NCBI GenBank assembly: GCA_012295275.1
Contig: CM022678.1
Coordinates: 2,480,001 to 2,544,000, forward strand
Direction: 5' to 3'
Source: Chrysomallon squamiferum
Taxonomy: Eukaryota > Animalia > Mollusca
DNA length: 64,000 nt
In this document: positions 13,428 through 29,283 of the stretch, in pieces
Numbering within the stretch: the first letter of the stretch is position 1
Layout: each line of letters starts with the position of its first letter
Position numbers and translations under genes: made by a program
Notes under the pieces: model-generated
The model's input: the letters and a program-made list of their open reading frames with translations, nothing else
What the model was told of the DNA's origin: nothing
Databases searched by the model: none

Positions 13428-14383
13428 TTACTTTTTACCAAACAGTAAGCTGGACATCAACGTCAGAGTATCAGAGTTCAGTGAAATGTTATCATCAGAA
13501 ATCGCGTTTACTGTGACATCGAAAAATCTAGAATCGCTCACCTCATACACTGGTAACAACGGCTTCGACACATCAACGTCGTGGATGGAGTGAATCAGTT
13601 TGCACAGTTTGACGTCAATGACGTGTAAACTTTTGGTTCTAGTATCTAGCAACCAGCCTAGTGTCAGGACTGTTACACAGTTGTCACTGTAACCAGTGTT
13701 TATCAACACTTGGACACACCAGGCGTGTTCATTTTTGCTAATACACCTACCAGAATAGAAATCTTCACGATTGTCTCTAGCACACAGACCAAGTTCTACT
13801 ACTTGACGACGCTGTAGTCTTCGCCGTTGTGTTATCTTACACTTCGTCTGCAGCTGTATCATGACACAGTCTCTGTGTAGTTCTGTTGTCACACACTCTG
13901 TCTCGTAGTACGTTGGTGCGTCTGTACTCACAGACATGAATCCGCAGTTACTTAGGTCAATGTTCACTTTAGGTACTACAAATAAATAAATCAATATTAC
14001 AAATATATAAATAACATATATAAAACAAAGTAACATATATAAAAATCAAATAAAATCAAATAAATAAATTAAAGAATTTAAATTTTAAAAAAAACAACAA
14101 ACAATAACAACAAAAAATCAGCAACTGCAATAGTATGTATATTAATAATATCGTTTGTATGAAATTTACTTACACAAAACTTTGTCCAACTGTCCTTCTT
14201 GATCTTCAAAGAAAATCTTTCTCGTCTTCTTAGTGTCTGATACTACAAGTACATCCAACAAATAATCAACACACAACGTGTTTAATAATCATGACAAATG
14301 TCCAACGCAGACAGATATTTTCATGTATAAGTAATGAAAACAATAAGATGCAGTACTTTGTATTATGCAAATTGAACATTCGC

Positions 14384-14463
<80 letters not shown>

Positions 14464-15687
14464 CAGTGGGTCACATATCAAGAAAATACTGATATATTTT
14501 GACTATTCTGTTATCATATTAAATCTTGGTATTTTCTGCTACTCGCTGTAAGTGATGACTGTATTTAAAAATACCTGGAATTTCGTCCTCAAAGTTAGTT
14601 CCGCTGTACGCTACAGGTCTTTCCGCTAACAACTTCTGTAGGAACACAAATATGTCATCTCGGGGAATTTTCTCTATTGGAATATCAGTTATATGTGAAT
14701 TTTTTAACAGTGACTTTGCTTTTCTTTCAAGATATTCACACATATTAAGAAACTCAGTCTGTCGTGCGAATTCCATTGTCTGTTGACAGAGAATCACGTG
14801 GTCTGCTTTTACAGTCTCAAGCTGTCCAATCATCTTTAACTTTCTGTCTCTCACTGCTTTTTGTCTCGCTACATTGGATCTGACTTCCTCTTTCTGCTCT
14901 TCTGACACGTTTTTTATTTGTGTCAGAAGCTTGTCCACAGATTCATCAATCTTTTCCAAACGAGATTTCAAAATTTCATCTAGTTTAGTCTTGTCTGAAT
15001 TCAGAGTGGCTGTGTACGTTGCGTTTTCTTTTGTTGATTTCTGCAGACCGGTCAAAGCGGTTGAAATGAGTTCTTTTTTCCTCACGTGGACACTGTTCAG
15101 GTCGTGTATGTTGTGGTCTTTATGGTGAACTAGAGTGCACGACGAACACCCTGCGATGTACAGGTTTCACAGAACAAGTCAATCGTTATGTGTGGGTGAA
15201 GGTCACACGAGTCTTTCTGCTGGAAAAATTCTTCTGCTGTCATCTCTAACAGCTCTGACAGAGAAACTGTTTTGTGATGTTTTGACATTTTTAATTTCTT
15301 GTGACATTTAGCACAAGACGAACACATGAACTCTCGACAGTTGACACAGCGAACTGCCGCGTTCTGGTTATCAGGACATTCGTGACATCTGATTTGTTCA
15401 GGCTTGTTCTTCAGTAGCATGTACTCTGTGATGCCTTTCAGCATACCACTGACTGCAAAGCTTGACTCGATTGACCCTTCGACCGGACAAAGATGATGAC
15501 ATTTCGGACAGGTCACTCCGTCTGTCGATCTGCCCCAGACAGAGGTCAGACACTGTGTGCAGAAGGAATGGTGACAGGGAAGTGTTCTGGGTAACTTTTC
15601 ATTGTCATCGAAACATTTCAAACAGATCTCACAAGTTACGTGTTCCAGTTTAATGTTGATTTGAGAAACAGCAGTGCTGTTACCCAT
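13428..15687 (-). pseudogene. TRIM gene copy 1, frameshifted (exons 15687-14575, 14242-14174, 13975-13428)
   Basis: Same exon structure as copy 2. A net 1-bp deletion at about 15150-15156 in B-box2 gives a stop at 15130. The SPRY-like exon has a 63-bp in-frame deletion at about 13698. Confidence 0.85.
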
Positions 15688-16340
15688 CACAGATTAACTC
15701 TTTATAGCTGGAACAGTGTGTACAGTATAAATCAAACAGGTTAACCCTTTGTAGCTGGATCAATGCGACCAGTATAACTCCAGAAGATGATACAAATATT
15801 TACTTAAGGGAGATAACTGTAGGCTTTATTTGAGACAAGTGTTCTACTTAACCTGAAATAAAATAAAACAGTGATGCACAATATTAACAGTAAAAATAAG
15901 ATAACTGTGTAAACATTTAAAGAAATATTTAATATATAAAGCTTCTATCTAATGTGGAAAAGAAATACAGTTATACTTAATCTTTCAGAAAATAATCTTT
16001 GAAATTTGATTAATATTCATCTGCCGTCATCCATTAACTATCAGAAAATCTTTTATTAAAAAACAACAAACCAAAATATTTATTTAAACACACACGCACG
16101 CACACACACAGGAGAAGTGGTAAGCCTTCTCAGTGTTTGAATGTAACGTTCAGCTTTTAATCTGACATTGAACTCGTTAATGAAAAACAACACGCAACTA
16201 TTTTATAAAGTAAAACACAACTTACCTAGCTAACATGAAGATTACAAGTAAAGACAACTCGCACAACAAATATTAATCTGTCTTGTTACGAACACACACG
16301 CTAGAAATACGAATTATGTTTTTGTCCTGTATTATTTAGT

Positions 16341-16385
16341 TTCCAGGAAAAACTATGATTCAGCTGTCACGTGATCTACTTCCTT
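16341..16385 (-). promoter_or_regulatory. TRIM proximal promoter motif: GAS-like TTCCAGGAA, E-box CACGTG and ETS-like CTTCC
   Basis: Lies about 115 bp upstream of the non-coding exon donor (ag|gtaagt at 16225). The surrounding unit is locally repeated (about 16560, 16780) and recurs at 26041, 26450 and 33988. Confidence 0.4.
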
Positions 16386-16476
16386 CCTCATAGAACTCGT
16401 CACAGACTAAACGCGTCTACTGGCAATATCAGCCTTTATCTGTACATGAATGTAGCAACACTGAATGAATGAAAGA

Positions 16477-16537
<61 letters not shown>

Positions 16538-17035
16538 GCAACAACAGTAACAATAACAGCGGAAAAACTATGACTCTACTTCCATTTTCACAGAACTCGT
16601 CACAAACTAAAAATATCTACTGACAATAACAAGAGTAGCAATAATAGCAAAAAACAAAAATAACGAAACAAATATAAATAAGTAAATACTAAATAAATAA
16701 ATAAATAGGTATATGATTCTCGTGTTGTAAAGCACACAGTAAAAATACTAATCATGTTTTTGTCCTGTGATATCTTATTTCCAGAAAAAACCATGATTCA
16801 GCTGTTTTGTGATCTACTTCCTTTTCTCATAGAACTCATCACAAACTAAACATATCTAGTAACAATACGAACCTTTATTTTACACGAACGTAGCAGTACT
16901 GAATGAGAATGAAAATAAACAAATAAATAAATAAATAATAACAACAACAAAGACTAACAAAGCAAAACATTTATAAATAAAAACATTTTTCTTTTGTTCT
17001 CAAAGATATTAGTATTTCTCTCTCTCTCTCTCTCA

Positions 17036-17067
<32 letters not shown>

Positions 17068-17218
17068 ATGTATGTGTGTGTGTGTGTGTCTGTCTGTCTT
17101 TTCATTATTTCCTATTTATTTATTTATTTATTTATTTATTTACTTTGTCCTACTGTCTGCACGATTTTCTCGTTTTACACTAGTTGTCTTTTAAATGTAC
17201 TTTAACTTATTCTCATAA

Positions 17219-17370
17219 TTACGTCACTTCGTTATTGCTCTACGAAACAAAAGAAAAATTACTTATTTTGTTTTGTTTTTCTTGCTTAATAAAATAATGA
17301 CGTCACGAAATCGAATTCGTTACGTAAAATTGTCTTAACCGCTCTGTGTACAGCTTCCACTGTGACGTCA
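17219..17370 (-). promoter_or_regulatory. CRE/bZIP-site module upstream of TRIM copy 1
   Basis: TTACGTCA 17219, TGACGTCA 17298, TTACGTAA 17320, TGACGTCA 17363. The reverse complement of 17298-17370 aligns with 10297-10378. Confidence 0.55.
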
Positions 17371-17393
17371 TTAGTGAATTAACAAACAATAAC

Positions 17394-17425
<32 letters not shown>

Positions 17426-18387
17426 GTATTATATACTTTATACAAATATTTACAAATGCACCTACCTGCCTGCATATGTTAGTCACTACTTCATATTTTT
17501 AAAACAAAAATAAAAAATAAAATAAAATAATAAAGTATAATACGTTATCGGCTGTAACAGCAGATAAATTAATTATTTTTAAACACACACAAATCATACG
17601 TTAATATGAGAATTGTATATATATATATGTCGGCAAAATGGCGCTGTTTAAACTTAGAAATAAAACAATATAAATAAACAAAAGGTAAAGAAATCTGACT
17701 GAATACTTATCAGTTACGTATGTTTTCTGTCCAGTTCTGTAAATAACAATGTAGTTGTCGCCATTTTCAAAACATTGTATCGTGTGCTTAGAGTGTGCAT
17801 GTTTAATTACATCCAGACGCACACAGAAACACACACTGAATAAACACACACACCCATCCCCATGTCAGTTCAAACCCTAGCCCATATTAACATTCCCACG
17901 AAATACCATTAGCCGGTGCGCAATGTCTGTCGTACAGAGTTTCACTGAAGCAGAAAACATTTACGAGCTGTCAAACAAAGAGATAAAGTTCAAAAATTAC
18001 TACTCGCCTGGTATTTATTTCTTACAAATCCCTTTACATCTGGGGGATTTCCAAAATCTAATTTTAGCACTTCAACCGTTCTAGTATATAGATTGCATAT
18101 ACTCCTGAAATTTCTGGGAAAATAAATAAATAAAATAAATGAATTAAAGTCCTCATAAATGTTTAAAATTCATTGATGATTTTTATATTTACAACAGATA
18201 ACATTCGAAACAGTAATCATAAAGTTTCTTGATCTTTTTTTTTTTTTTTTTTTTTTTTTTTGTGTTTAATTCGTTCTTAAACATAATAATGAAAAAGGTT
18301 TAACATATGTACAGAAGCTTGTATTTGTACGTTAATTCATTATTATTTGTTATGATTATTGTTATTATTATTTTATTATTATTATTA

Positions 18388-18437
<50 letters not shown>

Positions 18438-18810
18438 TAGTATTATTACATTTATTTTTGATACATTACTTAATTTGTATTATATTCATAGAATTTAGTA
18501 TATTTACATTTAATGTTTTTCTTTCTTCAGCTTAGCTTTATTTTTATTATAAAAATGATGATGATGATATCAGATCATAACACCTGCACAACAATTATTA
18601 TTAATGATATCAGTATCGGCATTATTTTGTTCAGTTTTTCTTTTATTTATTCTACAATTATTTTTAAAATAATAATGATGACGATGATGATACTAATAAT
18701 GACGACAGATAGGTATAGAAAGAGACAGACTGAGAATCAGACAGACAGACAGACAGAGAGATATACAGTCAGAGAGAGAGAGAGAGACACACACACACAG
18801 GCAGATATAC

Positions 18811-18902
<92 letters not shown>

Positions 18903-19628
18903 GATAGGCGAACCTAACGGAAATACCGTACTGACACACACAACTCGAGTGTGTTTGGTGTCAGTGACTCAACTTTCAGCTGTGATATTTAATTATTAAT
19001 TGACAAATAATGAAACAGAGAATGAAACAAGAAAACACACACACGTACCTGTTTCGACAAACAAAAATAATAAAACGAAACCGAGGACAGAAGATGTCGC
19101 TTAGTACCTCGTCGCATTCATAGAAACGATTTTCTTTTTTTTAGAGGAAACGGGTATTTCCCAGCGATTTATTTATAGATCCTCCAACACTGGTTATTTT
19201 TAAGACATACCCGATACTGAAACATTTCGCGGAATTAGTTTCAGCTATAAAATGTTACAAAATATATTAATATATAAGACAACGTGGACATTGCGATGTA
19301 TGCCATTTATCTTTCAACATATTATTAATATAAATATCTGTGCGTACGAGCGTCCACATTCAGAGAATGTTGATTCACGGGAGCGGTGGTCGAAATCACG
19401 TGATATACCCCGCTAGCCTTTAAAATTTCAAAATTACTTTGAGCGAGACAGTAAAGAAACAGCACGGTATTCTTATGATTCTGCTTTACTTTTTAAAGTT
19501 TGGAGTCGTTTTTTATTTTATTTCGATATCTTAATACAGGTATGTGTATTAAAAGATGGTTTTGTTGTTGTTGTTGTTATCTTATTTCCAGTATTTATTA
19601 AAATCTTCTTTTTCTTCTTCTTTTGTTG

Positions 19629-19685
<57 letters not shown>

Positions 19686-20257
19686 TTATTGCTAATATTT
19701 TTATTAAGCATATTATTATCATCTTCACCACTACTATCACTATACTACTAATTGCACTACTACTACTACTATTATTACTACTATAATTATTAACACTGCA
19801 ACATCTACTACTTTTAGCACTGTGCATTGCTATTACTAATGATATTAGTACTACTACTGCTATTACTACGACTATTGTTGCTGCTGCTGCTACTACTACA
19901 ACTATTATTATTAATTAATTAATCTGTTTGACTCTAAATAGTTTTTTATTCATTCCTTCTTGAATGCTGATTAAAATAAGATTTTTTTATTTAATTTATT
20001 TTATTTTTTGTTTGTCCATTCATTAATTCTATTGTATTTCATTTCATTATATAATTTATCTTATTACCCATAGAGATATGCATACGTACGTACCTATTTA
20101 TCTACTTATTTATTCATACGTGCATACTCAAAGGCACACGCGCTATGTAATATATAATACTTAGAGTTTCTGTTAGGATGTTTGTAAAGATTCATTCATT
20201 TATAATCATAAATTCGAGAAATACTTCTTTGTTTCTTTATTTATGTATTTATTTTAC

Positions 20258-20303
<46 letters not shown>

Positions 20304-20343
20304 TTTTTCAGTTTCAGGTATTAAGACGAAACAAAAACACGTA

Positions 20344-21360
20344 ATGGCAGAAATGAGTGATCTCCCTTCTGCTTCAGTAAATGACGTCACAGAAGCAGAC
20401 AAAATTAAAAGGCGGTATGCTACATACAGAGGTTGGAATGGGGAAAAGTCTGCTCTCCAGCTAGCTATAGCCGGATTTCTGTATATTGGTAACGGTGACA
20501 AAGTGAAATGTGAAACTTGTGGCGTGCAAGTAGACAAGTGGTTGCCGTCATACGACGTCATTGAAACACATCGCAAACACTCTCCGAACTGCAATTACAT
20601 TAATAAGTGGTTTGGCGGGAAAAACCAGACGACATCTGAAGGTGGTAGAAGCGAAGCTGAGTCGCTAATTCCTCCGAAATACCCGTTATACGAGAACTAC
20701 CAAAACAGGCTAGACAGTTACTTTGGGTGGCCGCTGAAATACGCACACCAAAGTCCACCGTCCATGGCGGCAGAGGGTTTTTTCTACTTGGGATCTGCGG
20801 ACAGAGCAAGATGTTTCCAGTGTGGTATCACTCTACGAGACTGGGACGAGGATGATTTTCCACTGGAAGCCCACGTCACGTGGTCTCCCGACTGCCAGTT
20901 TGCTCGACAAAGACAAGAACAAACCAGACGCGGAGTGACATCAAGTAGTGATGAGAAAAACCCAGAAAGCAACACAATATCTAACTCAGCTGATAAAAAC
21001 AAAAACAAAGAACAACATTCTGAAAGGACAACTGAAAATACCTTTGATGCGCTATGTAATGGAGGAAATACGAACACAAACCAATCCTGTATGGAAGTTA
21101 GAACCGACACTAGTGTAACTAATAACGAAACACACACTGAAGGCGCAGTCGGGGGCGTAGTTAACGATGATGACGTCATGTCGGGTGTGCGTAGAACGAT
21201 GGTAGACGCTGTGTTAGAGTTTGGATGCAGTATGGAAAGTGTAAGGAAGGCAATTCAGCTACAGAGACAGAGAACTGGGAATAATTTTCCTAATGCAGAG
21301 TCGTTGTATGCAGCCGTTTTAGACATTGAAGAATCAGATACTAGTCAATTAAATAATTAA
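20344..21360 (+). CDS. Inhibitor of apoptosis protein copy 2: BIR-BIR-UBA, no RING (338 aa)
   Basis: Intact ORF with the same BIR and UBA motifs as copy 1. Acceptor tttcag just upstream; putative 5' exon donor cag|gtatgt at 19540. Confidence 0.93.
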   Translation: MAEMSDLPSASVNDVTEADKIKRRYATYRGWNGEKSALQLAIAGFLYIGNGDKVKCETCGVQVDKWLPSYDVIETHRKHSPNCNYINKWFGGKNQTTSEGGRSEAESLIPPKYPLYENYQNRLDSYFGWPLKYAHQSPPSMAAEGFFYLGSADRARCFQCGITLRDWDEDDFPLEAHVTWSPDCQFARQRQEQTRRGVTSSSDEKNPESNTISNSADKNKNKEQHSERTTENTFDALCNGGNTNTNQSCMEVRTDTSVTNNETHTEGAVGGVVNDDDVMSGVRRTMVDAVLEFGCSMESVRKAIQLQRQRTGNNFPNAESLYAAVLDIEESDTSQLNN

Positions 21361-22388
21361 TTAATTAAGTTATTTATTTATTTATTTATTTTCTTTACTG
21401 TGTTAAAACATGTTGTTACATTATTTAATATAAAGTGAAGTGTATATATAGCTATTTATTTATGTAATAAAAATTATTTTCGTAATTTGTTTCTATTTCT
21501 TCTTATTCTTCTTATCATTATTATTATTATTATTTGTTCCGCTTGGTTGTTACATTATTTAATATAAAGTGAAATGTACAAAAATGCCTGAGAGACTGAG
21601 TATCCGACAGTAATATTTTATTCTGTCTGGTTACACAACATGAAACAAGTTGTTGAAAACAATTCCTTTTACAAACAACAGTTAACAAACGTGTATAACA
21701 AGTGTTTTACTTTTACCTTTGTAAACCATTGCCAACATCCACTCATAAGTTATTCTTTTACTAACAATACAATTGAGAAAAAAGAAAGAAATAAAGAAAA
21801 AAAATGATCGTATTTTCTCGTGTTGACAGTTACAGAGAATGAAGTTTTACCGCACGTTACTGATTTTTATCTGCAGAAAGAAATCTTTTATCAGAGTCTT
21901 CGGAAAACTGAAACATGCCTGCCATTACTTTTCAGTTGTTCCTTTTCTGGAACTAGAAATGTGAGAATTGGACCTCGGAGAAGGATTGATCCTGTGTGAG
22001 TCCGCATGTCAGTCGAGATACCAAAAACTGATCTGCAGTCAGCACAGAAGTGTAGATAAATAATAAATTGTTTAAACTTGTTTATATTTTTATACCATCC
22101 CATAGTTAACATCACCAGAAACAGTATCGTGAATAATGTCAATAATAATAATAATAGTTATAATAATAGTTATAATAATAATAGTTATAATAATAATAAT
22201 GATAATAATAATCATAATAGTAACAAAAACAACATGTCTGTGTATAAATGAATAAATTAATAAATAAATGAATACAGTCAAATGGTTTATCAACAGATTT
22301 TTATTACAAATAATTATAAACAAAATAAAATGAATATCACTGATAAAATCAAATTAGAATTTTTCACATCACATTTAATATTTCATTA

Positions 22389-22419
<31 letters not shown>

Positions 22420-22996
22420 CACAGACACACACAAACATAAATACAAACATAAACACATTATATAAATATATATGTATATGTCTATGTATATGTAAATGTA
22501 TATATTACATGACCTGTTTCTTTGCAATTTAATAAAAACGTTTTACGAGAGTAACAAATAAATAACAGACGATTCTTGACACAGAATTATTTTTTAATAT
22601 TTGTTTTATTTATTTATTTTTTATTTTAAATCAGGTTTTAAATTTATATCTTAACAACATTGTAATCTGAAAGCCATAAACACCTGTTTCAACAAAGAAC
22701 ACCAAAATCAGCATTTTAGAAAGAAAACAAGATTTAATAGTAATAAAAAAATATATAGTAATAGTAAACAAACAAACAAAAAATACCAATAATAACATAA
22801 TACCAAAACACCCAAAAGAATTATCCAAATAATCTGCAATAATTTCTACTCTTTATAATAAATAAGATGAAAACAGTCCATTGAAAGTAACAGTATACAC
22901 TGACTGACTGAATGTATACACAATGTTACTGCGAACAAATTCAGTCAAAAGGGACGCATCGACTCGAGTCCTTGTTCCAGTGTAACTTTCACAGAT

Positions 22997-25387
<2,391 letters not shown>

Positions 25388-26176
25388 CACAGATTAACTC
25401 TTTATAGCTGGAACAGTGTGTACAGTATAAATCAAATAGATTAACCCTTTGTAGCGGGACCAGTGCGACCAGTATAACTCCAGAAGATGATACAAATGTT
25501 TACTTAAGGGAGATAACTGTAGGCTTTATTTGAGACAAGTCTTCTACTTAACCTGAAATAAAATAAAACAGTAATGCACAATATTAACAGTAAAAATAAG
25601 ATAACTGTGTAAACATTTAAAGAAATATTTAATATATAAAGCTTCTATCTAATGTGGAAAAGAAATACAGTTATACTTAATCTTTCAGAAAATAATCTTT
25701 GAAATTTGATTAATATTCATCTGCCGTCATCCATTAACTATCAGAAAATCTTGTATTAAAAAACAACAAACCAAAATATTTATTTAAACACACACGCACG
25801 CACACACACAGGAGAAGTGGTAAGCCTTCTCAGTGTTTGAATGTAACGTTCAGCTTTTTAATATGACATTGAACTCGTTAATGAAAAACAACACGCAACT
25901 ATTTTATAAAGTAAAACACAACTTACCTAGCTAACATGAAGATTACAAGTAAAGACAACTCACACAACAAATATTAATCTGTCTTGTTTTAAAACACACA
26001 CTAGAGATATGAATTATGTTTTTGTCCTGTATTATTTAGTTTCCAGGAAAAACTATGATTCAGCTGTCACGTGATCTACTTCCTTCCTTATAGAACTCGT
26101 CACAGACTAAAAGTGTCTACTGACAATTTCAGCCTTTATCTGTACATGAATGTAGCAACACTGAATGAATGAAAGA

Positions 26177-26220
<44 letters not shown>

Positions 26221-26679
26221 CAGTAACAATAACAGCGGAAAAACTATGACTCTACTTCCATTTTCACAGAACTCGTCACAAACTAAAAATATCTACTGAC
26301 AATAACAAGAGTAGCAATAATAGCAAAAACAAAAATAACAAAACAAATATAAATAAGCAAATAATAAATAAATAAATAGGTGTATGATTCTCGTGTTGTA
26401 AAGCACACAGTAAAAATACTAATCATGTTTTTGTCCTGTGATATCTTGTTTCCAGGAAAAACCATGATTCAGCTGTTTTGTGATCTACTTCCTTTTCTCA
26501 TAGAACTCATCACAAACTAAAAATATCTAGTAACAGTACGAACCTTTATTTTACACGAATGTAGCATGCTGAATGAGAATGAAAATAAACAAATAAATAA
26601 ATAAATAAATAATAACAACAACAAAGAATAACAAAGCAAAACATTTATAAATAAAAGTATTTTTCTTTTATTCCAATTT

Positions 26680-26734
<55 letters not shown>

Positions 26735-26889
26735 GTGTTTGTGTGTGTGTGTGTCTGTGTGTCTGTCGGACAGTTTTCTTTATTTCCAATTTATTTATTT
26801 ATTTATTTATTTACTTTGTCTGACTGTCTGCACGATTTTCTCCTTTTACACTAGTTGTCGTTTAAATGTACTTTAACTTATTCTCATAA

Positions 26890-27041
26890 TTACGTCACTT
26901 CGTTATTGATTTACGAAACTAAAGAAAAATTACTTATTTTGTTTTGTTTTTCTTGCTTATTAAAATAATGACGTCACGAAATCGAATTCGTTACGTAAAA
27001 CTGTTTTAACCGCTCTGTGTACAGCTTCCACTGTGACGTCA
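26890..27041 (-). promoter_or_regulatory. CRE/bZIP-site module upstream of TRIM copy 2
   Basis: TTACGTCA 26890, TGACGTCA 26969, TTACGTAA 26991, TGACGTCA 27034. Confidence 0.55.
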
Positions 27042-27061
27042 TTAGTGAATTAACAAACAAT

Positions 27062-27104
<43 letters not shown>

Positions 27105-27987
27105 TATATACTTTATACAAATATTTACAAATGCACCTACCTGCCTGCATATGTTAGTCACTACTTCATATTTTTAAAACAAAAATAAAAAATAAAATAA
27201 AATAATAAAGTATAATACGTTATCGGCTGTAACAGCAGATGAATTAATTATTTTTAAACACACACAAATTATACGTTAATATGAGAATTGTATATATATA
27301 TATATCGGCAAAATGGTGCAGTTCAAACTTAGAAATAAAACAATATAAATAAACAAAAGGTAAAGAAATCTGACTGAACACTTATCAGTTACGTATGTTT
27401 TCTGTCCAGTTCTGTAAATAACAATGTAGTTGTCGCCATTTTCAAAACATTGTACCGCGAGCTTAGAAAATACCACGAAAATACCAGTAGCCGGTGCGCA
27501 ATGTTTGTCGTACTTCGGGGTTAAACAACGTACAGAGTTTCACTGAAGCAGAAAACATTTACGAGCTGTCAAACAAAGAGATAAAGTTTAAAAATTACTA
27601 CTCGCCTGGTATTTATTTCTTACAAATCCCTTTACATCTGGGGGATTTCCAAAATCTAATTTTAGCCAAAATCTAATCTAATTCAACCGTTGTAGAAAAT
27701 AGATTGCATATACTCCTGAAACTTCTGGCAAAATAAATAAATAAAATAAATGAATTAAAGTCCTCATAAATGTTTAAAATTCATTTATAATTTTTATATT
27801 TACAACAGATAACATTCGAAACAGTAATCATAAAGTTTCTTGATCTTTTTTTTTTTTTTTTGTGTTTAATTCGTTCTTAAATTTAATAATGAAAAAGGTT
27901 TAACATATGTACAGAAGCTTGTATTTGTACGTTAATTCATTATTATTTGTTATAATTATTGTTATTATTATTTTATTATTATTATTA

Positions 27988-28058
<71 letters not shown>

Positions 28059-28175
28059 TAGTATTATTACATTTATTTTTGATACATTACTTAATTTGTA
28101 TTATATTCATAGAATTTAGTATAATTACATTTAATGTTTTTCTTTGTTCAACTTAGCTTTATTTTTATAATAAAA

Positions 28176-28207
<32 letters not shown>

Positions 28208-28451
28208 ATCAGATCATAACACCTGCACAACTATTATTATTAATGATATCAGTATCGGCATTATTTTGTTCAGTTTTTCTTTTATTTATTCTACAATTAT
28301 TTTTAAAATAATAATCATGACGATGATGATACTAATAATAACGACAGATAGGTATAGAAAGAGACAGACTGAGAATCAGACAGACAGACAGACAGAGAGA
28401 TATACAGTCAGAGAGAGAGAGACACACACACACACACACAGACAGATATAC

Positions 28452-28541
<90 letters not shown>

Positions 28542-29239
28542 GATAGGCGAACCTAACGGAAATACCGTACTGACACACAAAATTCGAGTGTGTTTGGTGT
28601 CAGTGACTCAACTTTCAGCTGTGATATTTAATTATTAATTGACAAATAATGAAACAGAGAATGAAACAAGAAAACACACACACGTACCTGTTTCCACAAA
28701 CAAAAATAATAAAACGAAACCGAGGGCAGAAGATGTCGCTTAGTACCGCACCGCATTCATAGAAACGATTTTCTTTTTTTTAGAGAAAACGGGTATTTCC
28801 CAACGATTTATTTATAGATCCTCAAACACTGGTGATTTTTAAGACATACCCGATACTGAAACATTTCGCGGAATTAGTTTCAGCTATAAAATGTTACAAA
28901 ATATATTAATATATAAGACAACGTGGACATTGCGATGTATGCCATTTATCTTTCAACATATTATTAATATAAATATCTGTGCGTACGAGCGTCCACATTC
29001 AGAGAATGTTGATTCACGGGAGCGGTGGTCGAAACTGAGACATATCACGTGATATTCCCCGCGAATCATTTCAAATTTCAAAATTACTTTGAGCGAGACC
29101 GTAAAGAAGTTTGGAGTAGTTTTTTATTTTATTTCGATATCTTAATGCAGGTATGTGTATTAAAAGATGGTTTTGTTGTTGTTGTTGTTATCTTATTTCC
29201 AGTATTTATTAAAATCTTCTTTTTCTTCTTCTTTTGTTG

Positions 29240-29283
<44 letters not shown>

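Noticed and set aside
13976-14036. Hydrophobic signal or TM-like N-terminus of ORFs 13428-14036 and 22997-23668
   Set aside because: It is intron sequence upstream of the splice acceptor; the ORFs are the last TRIM exon.
21338-21345. U12-type AT-AC intron after the UBA
   Set aside because: Sequences after AT do not match the ATATCCTT minor-spliceosome donor consensus and vary between copies.
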